A DNA stretch of 64,000 nt from assembly GCA_965209155.1 (NCBI GenBank), contig OZ242383.1, positions 2,208,001 to 2,272,000 of the forward strand. The letters are read 5' to 3'. The notes beneath the pieces are model-generated. The model saw nothing but the letters and a program-made list of their open reading frames with translations. It was not told the DNA's origin and ran no database searches. The position numbers were made by a program, and so were the translations under genes. The stretch is from a bacterium (lineage in GTDB: Bacteria; SAR324; NAC60-12). Below are positions 9,774 to 19,965 of the stretch, in pieces (the stretch's first letter is position 1; each line of letters begins with the position of its first letter).

Positions 9774-10130
9774 CTATTGCTGGTGCAAACCGAGGACGTT
9801 TCCGCTTGGATCAAGAAACATCGCGAACGAACCCCCGAAATCCGGAATTTCTTGTGGTGGTATCAGAATCTTACCACCCTTACTTTCTACCTTTGCCACT
9901 GCTGCCTGCAAATCATCCACAGAAATATAAATGGTAACGTGGTTGGTATACGGCATATCTTCAGTTGTTGGAAAAATATGTCCTTTAATGCCTTGATCCG
10001 GCGATGGATCACACAGGTGTAGCCCGTTCGTTTCCGGTGAAATGTCCCATCCAAAAAGTGAACGGTAAAACTCTGATAATTCCTCACCATTTTTGCCTGC
10101 TATTTCAAACCACATGACTGGATTGCCCAT
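9774..10130 (-). CDS. VOC / glyoxalase family protein
   Basis: NPVMWFEI, FYRSLFGW, FLDPSGNVLGL. GAGGAG RBS. Confidence 0.9.
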   Translation of the reverse strand: MGNPVMWFEIAGKNGEELSEFYRSLFGWDISPETNGLHLCDPSPDQGIKGHIFPTTEDMPYTNHVTIYISVDDLQAAVAKVESKGGKILIPPQEIPDFGGSFAMFLDPSGNVLGLHQQ

Positions 10131-10149
10131 TGGTATTTACTCCTCAATT

Positions 10150-10540
10150 GCTACACAGAAAATTAAAAAATTATAAAAATTACACAAAACGATAGCAGCA
10201 GGGAATAGGTTTGTAAAGGCAAATTTCAGGGAGGCTTTCTTTGATTTTTTGGCAGGTTTCTGGACGGAATGCGTGGTCTGGAATGTTTCGCCGCCGGGCG
10301 GACCGGAAATACTGGATTTCAGACAAGGGGATCCCTGAGGTTTATGGGCCCCATTCTCCATTACAAAAATTAGTTTCATCTGACGGAAAGTCTTCCCAGT
10401 CACAGGAGTCTTCCAACTCATAGCGCATGATAGCAGGGAGGGGGAGAGCCCTTTCGTTTTCTTCTCCGATATGCTTTAGAATTTTTTTGATTTCTTGATG
10501 ATTGGTAATGAAAGCGATGATTTTCGCTAAAAATGAATTA
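10150..10540 (-). mobile_element. IS91/ISCR-like 3' end (transposase C-terminal relic, 3' region, oriIS-like terminus), copy A
   Basis: Encodes KIIAFITNHQEIKKILKHIG...RALP (IS91 C-terminus). 10174-10335 appears identical to 12975-13136. Confidence 0.7.
10189..10217 (-). promoter_or_regulatory. sigma70-type outward promoter, copy A
   Basis: TTTACA-17 nt-TATCGT, about 60 nt upstream of the VOC gene start. Confidence 0.7.
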
Positions 10541-11057
10541 TTATTAAAAACGGTGTCTGCATGTCTAAAATCATGTCCGTAGCAACTTAGGTTCCTAAAA
10601 AAAACAGAGTAGTGCAATCTGGACGGTCTCAATGCGGCCCCCGCCTGCATCCAGGGCGCCTCTCCATTCATCCGTGTTCTCCGCTCCGCACGACAGGACT
10701 AAAAAAGTCCTGGCACATCTGGCAGCCCTCTCTACGCTATTGCGGACAGTGAATTTTTTTAGAAACCCGCATCTTAGGGACTATATGTGTTGGCTCCTGT
10801 GAGGGAGAAATCGCCTGGGACTGGTTAGCAACAGCCCATGGCGCCGAGGTGTCGCCTTCCAAAGTACTTCCGACCAGACCAGGGGACCGATTACGATCAG
10901 GCCGCCGGTGAGTATCGCAAGAGACCCACCTACCTCTTCTCTCTTGGACTTGAAGAAGAAACTGAACGTCTGGGGTCCCAATCCGACACTTATTCTCTAG
11001 CTCTGAAAGCCGCGCAGGACTATGTACCAGCCATGGAAGAAGCGGGGTCCCTGGCCA

Positions 11058-11576
11058 TCAGGTGTGCGGATCATGTCCGCGGCTGTCGAGAACACCGGGT
11101 TCGGCATGAGCGATGTACGCTGGAGATGCGGGAAGGTTTTTCACATACTGGCGGAGAAAATGTGGAACCAGGTTGACCCGTTCTAGCTCAGCCAAAGTGA
11201 TCCACTCAAACATGGATCCTGACTCACCTCCCTCGAAAGTGCCGTTACTCCCCAGGACCGTCGATCCGGTGGCAAACTCGATCAGGAAGTACAGGGTGAT
11301 CTCCTGAAACCGGTCACCGTCGATCTCAAACAGGTTGTCTGCTACGAGAAGGAGGCGTCCGATATTCACGTCCTCACCGAGCTCTTCGCGCAACTCTCTC
11401 GCCAGGGTCTCGACTGCGTTCTCGCCGTATTCGACTCGGCCGCCGGGAACGAAGGCGAAGCCGTGTCTCGTGTTGTGCTCCACGAGCAGTTGACCATCGT
11501 GCACGGCGATGCCCCCGACGCGATACATGAACGTGAGTCCTCCGCCAGTGGATATGATCATCTCGGAATTCGTCAT
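11058..11576 (-). CDS. NUDIX hydrolase
   Basis: Nudix box GGRVEYGENAVETLARELREELG. Confidence 0.92.
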   Translation of the reverse strand: MTNSEMIISTGGGLTFMYRVGGIAVHDGQLLVEHNTRHGFAFVPGGRVEYGENAVETLARELREELGEDVNIGRLLLVADNLFEIDGDRFQEITLYFLIEFATGSTVLGSNGTFEGGESGSMFEWITLAELERVNLVPHFLRQYVKNLPASPAYIAHAEPGVLDSRGHDPHT

Positions 11577-11740
11577 TGATGTGCTCCATAGGCCCGGCTA
11601 CTACAGCGGATTACTTCGAGACACTCGTCAGGTTTCGAGTCAACGGCCATAGCAGCGCTTTGGTTGAGTTCCATCGGATTCACCTTCTGAATACCCAGGG
11701 AATATGTCCGTTGCCGGTCGGCCGTACCATCCAGGATGAA

Positions 11741-12589
11741 TCAGCCATTCCTTTCCAGTTCCCAGACCACAACTATGGGGAGGCCCTCGACAGCGGCCTC
11801 CATCAGGTCCGGCATCTGGTCAGCGAATCCAAACGTGGCGATTTCCTTCTCTCCCCAGAGAGGTTTCAGGCATTGCATCACCTTGAGTCCTGCCTGCCAG
11901 AATGCACGGAGATAGTCCGATGGGAGGTGGATGCGGTTTTTGACGAACCCCATCTCGTCAGAGCTGCTTCGGTAAGCGCCGTGTGTGCTCAGCATCACTA
12001 AGAAGGGGTGGACATCCGAGATGACCACACGACCCCCGGGTCGCACGACCCTGGCGAGTTCTTTTACTGGAGGTCCCAGGTCCGGACTGTGAGTCAACGC
12101 CAGAGTGCAAACGGCGATATCCATCTGTCCGTCCGTCAATGGAATCGCGGTCAGGCCGGCGATTTCGAATCGTACCCCGGGGACTTTCTCAGAAGCAACA
12201 TCCTGCATTTCAGGGTTGCGGTCGATACCGGTGACCTGATGTCCCAAGGATGCCAGGTATGCGGCGTGTCTCCCTGTGACGCAGGCCGCGTCCAGGGCTG
12301 TCCCGACCGCGTAGAGATCGAGTAGACCATGCACGACGGGTTCCTCTGCGATCACCACGGGGTTCCCGCCGGCGTCGTACGTGTCTGCCCACTCCGAATA
12401 TCCTGATGAGACATCCTTCTCTTCCGCGAAGATCGGGTTGGACCAGGGCTCTTCTGCGAGCCGGCCAGCCAGCTCCTGTACTTTCCGTCTTCTGGCCACA
12501 ACGATGTCCGAGTCTGCCATCCAGGCTCTCAGGATCGCAAGGCCCTCCAGGCCAAGGATGAAGTCTCCAAAGGTCACTTGCTCCCCCAT
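11741..12589 (-). CDS. Class I SAM-dependent methyltransferase
   Basis: ALDAACVTGRH (motif I variant), VTGID, ELARVVRPGGRVVISD. AAGGAG RBS before ATG 12589. Confidence 0.85.
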   Translation of the reverse strand: MGEQVTFGDFILGLEGLAILRAWMADSDIVVARRRKVQELAGRLAEEPWSNPIFAEEKDVSSGYSEWADTYDAGGNPVVIAEEPVVHGLLDLYAVGTALDAACVTGRHAAYLASLGHQVTGIDRNPEMQDVASEKVPGVRFEIAGLTAIPLTDGQMDIAVCTLALTHSPDLGPPVKELARVVRPGGRVVISDVHPFLVMLSTHGAYRSSSDEMGFVKNRIHLPSDYLRAFWQAGLKVMQCLKPLWGEKEIATFGFADQMPDLMEAAVEGLPIVVVWELERNG

Positions 12590-12959
12590 TGCCCTGTCTC
12601 CTTCGTTTGCTGTTCGTCTTTCTTGAAAGTGGTTCAACACTTGGTGCTACCTGGCGGCGAGTTCTCCTATACACAGAGCCATTGGTCGCCAAGACAGTTG
12701 GAACCTACTTGAGTAGGTCCGGACGCTCCAGTCTCACATGGTCTGCATAAGGATTTCCAGGCCGCGGCGGGGCTCCACAGTGTGGGAAGACTCCCCATCA
12801 GTAGCATCACCAAGTCTCCTGCCCCGAATTACGGATCCCCTAGTTTCCAGCTTCCGGCTCACGACGGTTCTGGAATAAGGACGTGAGGTTTTTTCCGGAT
12901 ATTGCACAGCCTGGTTCTGGCCGATTTCAGGAAAGCCGGGACAGTCCAATGCTGATCTG

Positions 12960-13265
12960 GCTACATAGTAAAATTAAAAATTACACAAAACGATAGCAGC
13001 AGGGAATAGGTTTGTAAAGGCAAATTTCAGGGAGGCTTTCTTTGATTTTTTGGCAGGTTTCTGGACGGAATGCGTGGTCTGGAATGTTTCGCCGCCGGGC
13101 GGACCGGAAATACTGGATTTCAGACAAGGGGATCCCAGAAGTTTCAAGGCTCCATTTCACGTCACAAAAATAAGCTTCATCAGGCGGGAAGTCTCCCTAG
13201 GCATCAAGAGTCTTTCAACGCATAGCGCAAGGTAGCAGGGAGAGAAGGGAAGAGGCCCTGTCGAA
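12960..13265 (-). mobile_element. IS91/ISCR-like 3' end, copy B, with outward promoter at 12990-13018
   Basis: Direct repeat of 10150-10456: 162 bp apparently identical, the remainder diverged. Confidence 0.7.
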
Positions 13266-13332
13266 AGGCCATAAACTCAAAGAATTCGTAATGGGCCTTC
13301 CTGGCGAACGTGAAGCGGGAAAAACGGAGGGC

Positions 13333-14343
13333 TCAGTCCAGCACTTTTACTTTCAGCAAGGATTGTTCTTTCTCCAATATTTTGACCCGGTTCTGCAGGG
13401 GTCGTCCCATCCCCTCCCAGTGGATTTCCATCACGTCGTCCTCTTGCAGGAAGATGTTCTCCCCGAAGCTCAAACCATCTGCTCCGAAGAAGTGAACGTG
13501 GGCGTCTCCAGGACGGCGATGCTTGGCATACTTGAAATGATGGTGCTCCAGATTTTCGATGCTGTGACACATATTGGCATCACCGCTTTTGATGGGTTTG
13601 GACCAGACGATGACCCCCATACGTTTAATGACCACTTCACCCTGGACCTGATCCAGCCTCTTCCCAATGATCAATTCCGGTCCCAAGGCGCATTGCCGGA
13701 GTTTTGAATGAGCCAGATACAGGTAATTCACTTTTTCCATCACATGATCGGAAAATTCGTTGCCGGTGCTGAAACCGACCCGACAGGGCCTTCCTTGCGG
13801 GTCGATGATATAAACCCCGGCCACTTCGGGTTCCTCTCCTCCATCATCGGCAAAGGGTAGCACCTCCAAAGCGTCTCCATGCGCTTTCAGAATATCCCCT
13901 TCCCCCTTGTAGAACCACTCGGGTTGCGCTCCGGCCTTTCCTGAATGGGGACGTCCACCTTCAACCCCCATGTTGTACATTTTCATGCTGTCGCTCGTTT
14001 CCGCACCAGCGCTTTCCCCTTCATGCATGCTCGCCCGGTCCAGCGCGCTGTTTTTATGGGTCAGTCCCGTCCCCGTGACCAAACAGCGGGTCGGATTGCG
14101 TGGAAAATCGAAAGCCGGGAGCAATTTCCAATCAGACTGACCCATGTAGATCGTGTCATAGTCCAGGCGATTTTCCGAGCGATGCGTTTCAATCAAATCG
14201 GAAAGCCGCCCTTGCCGGGAAACCGACTCCCACGCCAATTCATAAGCTGAGTCGTATACGTCCAGTAAAACCAGTTCATTCGCTTCCACTCGCGCCACCC
14301 GTCGTCCATGCTCAGGGTGTTGCAGTTGCACCAGACTTGTCAT
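13333..14343 (-). CDS. AraD1/GguC-type fumarylacetoacetate-hydrolase family protein
   Basis: GTGLTH, QPEWFYKG, DGGEEPE, GNEFSDH, NYLYLAHSKLR, LEHHHFKY, HVHFFG. Confidence 0.88.
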   Translation of the reverse strand: MTSLVQLQHPEHGRRVARVEANELVLLDVYDSAYELAWESVSRQGRLSDLIETHRSENRLDYDTIYMGQSDWKLLPAFDFPRNPTRCLVTGTGLTHKNSALDRASMHEGESAGAETSDSMKMYNMGVEGGRPHSGKAGAQPEWFYKGEGDILKAHGDALEVLPFADDGGEEPEVAGVYIIDPQGRPCRVGFSTGNEFSDHVMEKVNYLYLAHSKLRQCALGPELIIGKRLDQVQGEVVIKRMGVIVWSKPIKSGDANMCHSIENLEHHHFKYAKHRRPGDAHVHFFGADGLSFGENIFLQEDDVMEIHWEGMGRPLQNRVKILEKEQSLLKVKVLD

Positions 14344-14510
14344 AGGATCACTCCTTGTTTCGGAATTTAAAGGATTTTCAATTTGAAAGGTATCCATGCT
14401 TGTATCACAGGTAAATGTTTGAAATCAACATCATGCAAAAACATGAATATTGAATCGTATTGTCTATCGCTTGAATCCATGCTATATCCTATGCATTCCA
14501 TGGCCACTCC

Positions 14511-15326
14511 TTGTGTTTGAGGTTTTTCATTCTGCTCAAAATGTATGTGGCATGGAACACCTCGAATATAAAGATCAATTTTTTAATAATTGGACTCTCA
14601 ATAATAAATTCAATGATCTTCAATTTTTTACCACAATTTGGGCATAACAAGGGGGCGGTCTTGAAGACTTTATGGATCAGCCGAGCCCAATTCGCGCTTG
14701 CTTTAGGCCTTTCTTTGATCTTTTTTACCGGGTCCGGGTTTGCGGAGGCCGAGAGGATCACGGTATTGCGCGAGGGCGACATTGCCGGTTGGGAAGAGAA
14801 GTCGTTCATTGGGAAGACTTTATACGAGACTTATCAACTGGAGGAGAGGTCGGTGGTGCGCGCGACAAGCCGTGCCTCCGCCTCGGGACTTTTCCTCAAG
14901 CTTCGAATCGACCTCGACAAGACCCCGTTCCTGTATTGGACCTGGCGGGTTGATGGGACGCTCGGCGATATCGACGAGCGAACGAAGGCTGGCGACGATT
15001 ACAGCGCGAGAGTATACGTGATTCGCTCTGACCCGGTATTTCTCTGGCGAACGCGTGCCGTGAACTATGTCTGGGCAAGCGCACGGGCTGTGGGTGAGAC
15101 GTGGCCGAATGCGTACACGGATCGTGCGCAGCACGTTGCGGTACGTTCCGGCGACACGCAGGCCGGCCAGTGGGTCGCTGAACGCCGTGACGTGCGGGCC
15201 GATTTTCGTGAGTTGTTCGGGGAATCCGTCCGATACGTCGACGCGATCGCAATCATGACTGATACCGACAATACTGGCGGCACCGCGGTGGCGTACTACG
15301 GAGACATCACGTTCTCGAGCGAGTGA
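14511..15326 (+). CDS. DUF3047 family protein (true start uncertain, 5' part overlaps an IS91 relic)
   Basis: ASASGL, TPFLYWTWRV, GDDYSARVYV, NYVWAS, AIMTDTDNTG, YYGDI. Confidence 0.8.
   Translation: MCLRFFILLKMYVAWNTSNIKINFLIIGLSIINSMIFNFLPQFGHNKGAVLKTLWISRAQFALALGLSLIFFTGSGFAEAERITVLREGDIAGWEEKSFIGKTLYETYQLEERSVVRATSRASASGLFLKLRIDLDKTPFLYWTWRVDGTLGDIDERTKAGDDYSARVYVIRSDPVFLWRTRAVNYVWASARAVGETWPNAYTDRAQHVAVRSGDTQAGQWVAERRDVRADFRELFGESVRYVDAIAIMTDTDNTGGTAVAYYGDITFSSE
14550..14745 (-). pseudogene. IS91-family transposase C-terminal fragment
   Basis: WARLIHKVFKTAPLLCPNCGKKLKIIEFI matches the WAxLxxxVFxxDPLxCPxCGxxxxIIxFI tail of IS91 transposases. Confidence 0.75.
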
Positions 15327-15379
15327 GCGTCGAACATGGCGTAAATAATGCGCGGCAAACCTGAGAATTGAGACATGGG

Positions 15380-16123
15380 ATGAATTTCAAGCCAACATTC
15401 AAGGTTCTGAAATGGGTGTGGGGGGAATCTGTTTGGGCCACAGGACGGCTTTTGAAATGGATCTGGAGCGAAGGTCTGATTGGGACATTTCTCGTCGGCC
15501 TTTTTGTCATTTTGCCGATTTTTCTCACCATCGCGATCATCCAGTGGTTCGTGCAAACACTGGAGGATGTGTTGGGGCCCGGGACGTTTTTCGGCAACAT
15601 CTTGACCTATAGTGGCGCCTTTGTGATCGGCTCGGACCGCGACCACATCGCGTTTTGGTTGGGGGTCGTCTTTACCATCACAACAATTTGGTTGCTTGGA
15701 GTCCTCATCAAGGGATTCGCGAAACGAAAAATCGACCATGTCCTGGGGGCAACGCTGAGCCAAATTCCGGTCTTTCGCACCATCTACAAGCCGGTTTCCC
15801 AGATTCTGAAGATTCTCAGAACCGATGAAGAGACCAAGATGAAAGGGATGACCGCAGTGTACTGCGGTTTTGGCGTTGAACATGCTGTGCGCGTCCTTGC
15901 CCTTCAGCCTGGACCCGATGTCTACACCTTCGACGGAGTGGAATACGTAGTCGTCTACATTCCCACATCGCCGATTCCCATGTCTGGCGGTTTGATTTTC
16001 GTTCGCAAGGAGACGGTTGTACCCGCACCGGAAATCAGCGTACAGGATGTAATGAAGCTGTATTTGTCCCTCGGTGCCCTTGGTCCGCAATCACTACCTG
16101 AAGCCAAACATCAAGCAATTTGA
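15380..16123 (+). CDS. DUF502 family membrane protein
   Basis: FLVGLFVILP, IPVFRTIY, VYIPTSPIPMSG. Confidence 0.85.
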   Translation: MNFKPTFKVLKWVWGESVWATGRLLKWIWSEGLIGTFLVGLFVILPIFLTIAIIQWFVQTLEDVLGPGTFFGNILTYSGAFVIGSDRDHIAFWLGVVFTITTIWLLGVLIKGFAKRKIDHVLGATLSQIPVFRTIYKPVSQILKILRTDEETKMKGMTAVYCGFGVEHAVRVLALQPGPDVYTFDGVEYVVVYIPTSPIPMSGGLIFVRKETVVPAPEISVQDVMKLYLSLGALGPQSLPEAKHQAI

Positions 16124-16221
16124 AAATTTTGCTACGAGGAAGGATAGCTCCTGTGAATGGAATAGGGCAAAAAGAGGTCAAGTCTTCCAAAAGTGCTGGT
16201 AATTTGAATTTGTGTAAATGA

Positions 16222-16881
16222 TTACCAGGCTTCCAGATGAATGACGTCATGCAGGGGTTTTCGGGCCGCAGCTTTGAATTGCGTGCCCCGGGTGTGGGCC
16301 ACCGGAACAAGGGCCACTTGGGTGACCGTTTGGAAAGGAATACCGAGAATTTCTGCGACTTCCTTTTCATGTGGGAGGTGCAGTGAGGTCCAGCAAGTGC
16401 CCAACCCGCGAGAACGCGCCGCGAGCATGAAGCTCCATATTGCAGGGATAATGGAGGCATAAGTTCCGGCAAGATCAGCATTTGACACCCCCACATCCTC
16501 CACGCGCCCTGAAATACAAGGGATGAGAAAAACAGGAACTTTTTCCAGATTCCCGGCGAGATATGCTGCTGAGTCGAAAATTCGTTTTTGCGCAGGTGCC
16601 AGAATTGGATCGTCCTGATGCAGATTATGCGCCGCTCCTGGCATTTCTGCGTAACGTTGCCAGGATTGTCGGTACAACTGAGCAATTTGGAGTTTCTTAT
16701 TGTAGTCGGTGAGCACCAGGAAGTGCTAGTTTTGGGAATTGGATCCGCTTGGCGCCTGGAGCGCAAGCTCCAGACATTCTTTGACCAGGCTGATCTCAAC
16801 GGGTCGGTTCAAGTCCAAACGCTTTCTTACTGCTCTTGTCGTCGATAACAATTCATCGACTGGTAAATTGAGATGGGTCAT
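16222..16881 (-). pseudogene. Nitroreductase family gene with in-frame TAG at 16726-16728
   Basis: MTHLNLPVDELLSTTRAVRKRLD...QAPSGSNSQN*HFLV (Trp expected at the stop), continuing in frame into the 16222-16716 ORF (SFMLAARSRGLGTCWT). Confidence 0.85.
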
Positions 16882-17024
16882 CAATACTCCTTAAAACAAT
16901 TCCGGAAGTAAGATTGAGATTTTTATACTCACAACTCCCTTCAACAGATGGATTCAGCATAGGTTTAGTTGCTATTCGGAATTCAGTCAAGATTGAATCA
17001 GAAAAAAATCGTTATTGTCGATTT

Positions 17025-19823
17025 TTATCGATTGATTGCCGTCTGCAAGGAAGGGATCAAGGACGCCATCAATCGTCGCGTATGGCGTAATTGAAGGACT
17101 TTGGTTTCGTCCGCGAAAGCTGGCACAGGTGGGGTGTCGGGTTCGACTTCAAAAAGCACCTGTCCCCGTCGAACGACGGCCCCACAGTTTCCTTCCACGA
17201 CGACTTTTTTGATCGTTCCTGAAAATTCCGCAAAGATCGGATTGAACATTTTCATCACTTCGAGAACTCCCAAAGTGTCGCCTTTTTCAAAATGGTCTCC
17301 GGGTTGAACAAAAGGGGCCGCATCGGGTGTTTCTTTCGTATAGAATGTTCCCCCGGTCCAACTTAAAATTTCATATCCACTGGCAGGAGGAGCAGGGGCC
17401 AGGTTTTGGATCAAGCGGTTGACTTGTTTCTGGTCTTTGAAAGAGGGGGGAATCTCAATGGTCAGGTCTTCTTTGCTCCGAAACTCAAAATACCGGGCTT
17501 CCCTCGCTATCAACAGGGGCAGTTTCAACAGGTCCATTCCCAGCTGGAATCCGCGATGAGATATACGGATTTCATTCCATTGTTCCGCAGAAAAAACCTG
17601 GGAGGGCTCACCTGTTTGCATGAGGAACGCTTCCAAACGCTCCCAGGGCATTCCCGGATCTCCCAGACGGTGTTGCAATTCATCGTAGAAGGCCAATCCG
17701 GTCGCGAGCAATTGTTGATCTTCCTGCCAGATTTTGTGGGCTGCAGGTACATTGGGTCGTTCCTCGAGTCTCAGATAAAAATACAGGTCACGCAGAATGC
17801 GTAGCGGATTGATCTTCCATCGAAACTGATTATTTTCATAAATGAACTGGTTCTGGAAACCGAAAGCCACCCAGCCGGCCAGGAGATGAGTGTTTCCCAG
17901 CAATCGTTGCAAAGGACGGAGTATCAGATTCAACTTGCTGCGTAAAACGCGCTCTCCTTCTTTTCCAAGCGATTCAACCAGCGAATCACTTAAGAAATTC
18001 CACGCCACCGTCAATTCCAAAGGGGCGGCCACTTCATGCATCCTTCCGATCATTGTCAGGTAAGAAAGAACAAAGCGCGTGTTGGGTTTCGACATCACGT
18101 CATTGCCGATCAACCAATGTAACAGACCGTAATGAAAATCGACGTTGAGTTGCACGTTTTCCCCCCTGACTTCCATCCTGCGCAGGCAATCGGCCAGTTT
18201 TTGCATGTTGTCCGGACGGGAGCACCCTGCGCAAACCACCAGGGCTACGTTGCTGTCATATCCACCTGCCAGGTGATGGTGCTGGAATAATTGCGTGTCC
18301 GGATTGAGTACGCCAATCCCCTGGTCGTCACGCCACTCTCCTTCCACAGGAGGAGACCAGTAATGCAGAATCCCACCAGCATGGGGCTGTAGAGCCGCAT
18401 TCATGGCATTGATCCTCACTTCCGCGCCTGAAAGGTGGCGGGCGAGCCGTTCTGGTTGGGGAACCCGCTTTCCATGACAGGCAACCAGCAGCATGGCTCC
18501 GACGAGCGAATCGAGCACGAAATACTCATCGGGATCATGGGGATTGACGAATTTAAGGGAATAAGCCATTTCTGTCACCCGGTGCTCGACTTGAATGCGC
18601 GTATTGGTTTCCATGAAATAATGAGAAGCGCCCTCCACAATGCATTCAAAGGTCGAAACCGAATCGAGCTGCAGGGCTTGTCCGAACCTCTCCGCGTCCT
18701 TGCACATCTGCTCCAGGGTTTGTAGATCTTCTATCAAAATCTGCGCCTGACGCGTCCTCCCCTGCTTCTGGTATGCTTCGGCAGAAGATTGCAAAAGCTC
18801 GGTAGTGAGTGAGGTTTCCAGCAGCTTTTGTTCATGAATTTGCAAAGAACAATCCCGACCTCCCAAGGCAAGGCACCAGTCCCCGTTTCCCAGGAGCTGA
18901 ATTTCATTGTGCCGGGTATCTTCGATATTTCGTTCGATCAGGAAGTTTTTATTGTCCCCCACGCCCGTGACTTGAGATTCAATCAAAACTTCCATCACCG
19001 CGTCCGCGATTTGCCCCTCGTTCGCAATAACGCGTTGTCCCTTTCCGCCTCCGCCAGCGACGTGTTTGAAACGAATGCGGCAGCCGGGGTATTTTTCCCA
19101 GATCTTTCGAACCTGTCGTTTCGTTTCATGCTGAAGCTCTTCGATGGAAATCAGGTCGATTTGTTGCTGAGAGGCAGCCTGCAGTACTTGTTCACTGACT
19201 TGTTCCTCAGAAGCGTTTTCAAAGTCGAGATGCGCTTGCAGACCATGCTCGTCGATCAATTTATGAAAATAGCTTTGTGGATTGTCCTTTGCTTTGCGCA
19301 ATAAAGTGAGGGCGGTGATATTGTCCACTCCCGGAACTACGGGAATTCCCAAAGCGACTGCCAGACGTTTGGCTCCATCTTTGGCTCCTGCTTTTTTCAC
19401 GACGCTCGAATGGGGGCCAACAAATCCGATGCCGGCATTTTCAATGGCAGCAATGAACTCCTTCTCTTCAGCCATGAACCCGTATCCGGCAAATACATGC
19501 GTGTAGTGATGCTTATGACAAATATCCAGGATTTGTTGAATGCGCTCCACCCGTTCTTCTTTAGTCGTTCCCGTATAATCGGAGATCGGATGGACCCGTT
19601 CTTCTCGCGGAGAAATAATTCGAAGTTCGGGTGCCAGGGTTTTCGCATAAACCATACTGTCTTTTTCGGACAAGAGAATGCCGGAAGGTTGTGCTCCCAT
19701 TGCCGTGAAAACGTCCAGGGCTTCTTTACGAACCGGTCCCCGGCAGACAATCAGGCACTTGACGTCTTCGAAATGAAAACTGTCACTCCAGGTCCCCTTT
19801 TTTGAAAATGAAATTACCTCCAT
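17025..19823 (-). CDS. Biotin carboxylase fused to a biotin carboxyl carrier domain (acyl-CoA carboxylase alpha-type)
   Basis: GYGFMAE, GGGGKG, RDCSLQ, ETNTRIQVEH, YDS, C-terminal EVMKM biotinylation site. Confidence 0.88.
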   Translation of the reverse strand: MEVISFSKKGTWSDSFHFEDVKCLIVCRGPVRKEALDVFTAMGAQPSGILLSEKDSMVYAKTLAPELRIISPREERVHPISDYTGTTKEERVERIQQILDICHKHHYTHVFAGYGFMAEEKEFIAAIENAGIGFVGPHSSVVKKAGAKDGAKRLAVALGIPVVPGVDNITALTLLRKAKDNPQSYFHKLIDEHGLQAHLDFENASEEQVSEQVLQAASQQQIDLISIEELQHETKRQVRKIWEKYPGCRIRFKHVAGGGGKGQRVIANEGQIADAVMEVLIESQVTGVGDNKNFLIERNIEDTRHNEIQLLGNGDWCLALGGRDCSLQIHEQKLLETSLTTELLQSSAEAYQKQGRTRQAQILIEDLQTLEQMCKDAERFGQALQLDSVSTFECIVEGASHYFMETNTRIQVEHRVTEMAYSLKFVNPHDPDEYFVLDSLVGAMLLVACHGKRVPQPERLARHLSGAEVRINAMNAALQPHAGGILHYWSPPVEGEWRDDQGIGVLNPDTQLFQHHHLAGGYDSNVALVVCAGCSRPDNMQKLADCLRRMEVRGENVQLNVDFHYGLLHWLIGNDVMSKPNTRFVLSYLTMIGRMHEVAAPLELTVAWNFLSDSLVESLGKEGERVLRSKLNLILRPLQRLLGNTHLLAGWVAFGFQNQFIYENNQFRWKINPLRILRDLYFYLRLEERPNVPAAHKIWQEDQQLLATGLAFYDELQHRLGDPGMPWERLEAFLMQTGEPSQVFSAEQWNEIRISHRGFQLGMDLLKLPLLIAREARYFEFRSKEDLTIEIPPSFKDQKQVNRLIQNLAPAPPASGYEILSWTGGTFYTKETPDAAPFVQPGDHFEKGDTLGVLEVMKMFNPIFAEFSGTIKKVVVEGNCGAVVRRGQVLFEVEPDTPPVPAFADETKVLQLRHTRRLMASLIPSLQTAINR

Positions 19824-19965
19824 TGGCCTCTTTCCGGGCAGACAATTGCCGGATGTCAAAAAGAGTATGCTTTTCGTTCGTTCACGAAACACATGATTGG
19901 CTCAGGCAGGATCATTTTTTACGCTCCTTTCCATTTCAACACGATGGTTCGCAGCCGTGAAGATT

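Noticed and set aside
7391..16123. Integron cassette array
   Set aside because: Gene content is cassette-like, but no integron integrase or convincing attC (RYYYAAC...GTTRRRY) sites were found. The spacers are IS91-type relics.
15296..16799. Long minus-strand ORFs 15296-16090 and 16035-16799
   Set aside because: Shadow or alternate frames of the DUF502 and nitroreductase genes with no recognisable motifs.
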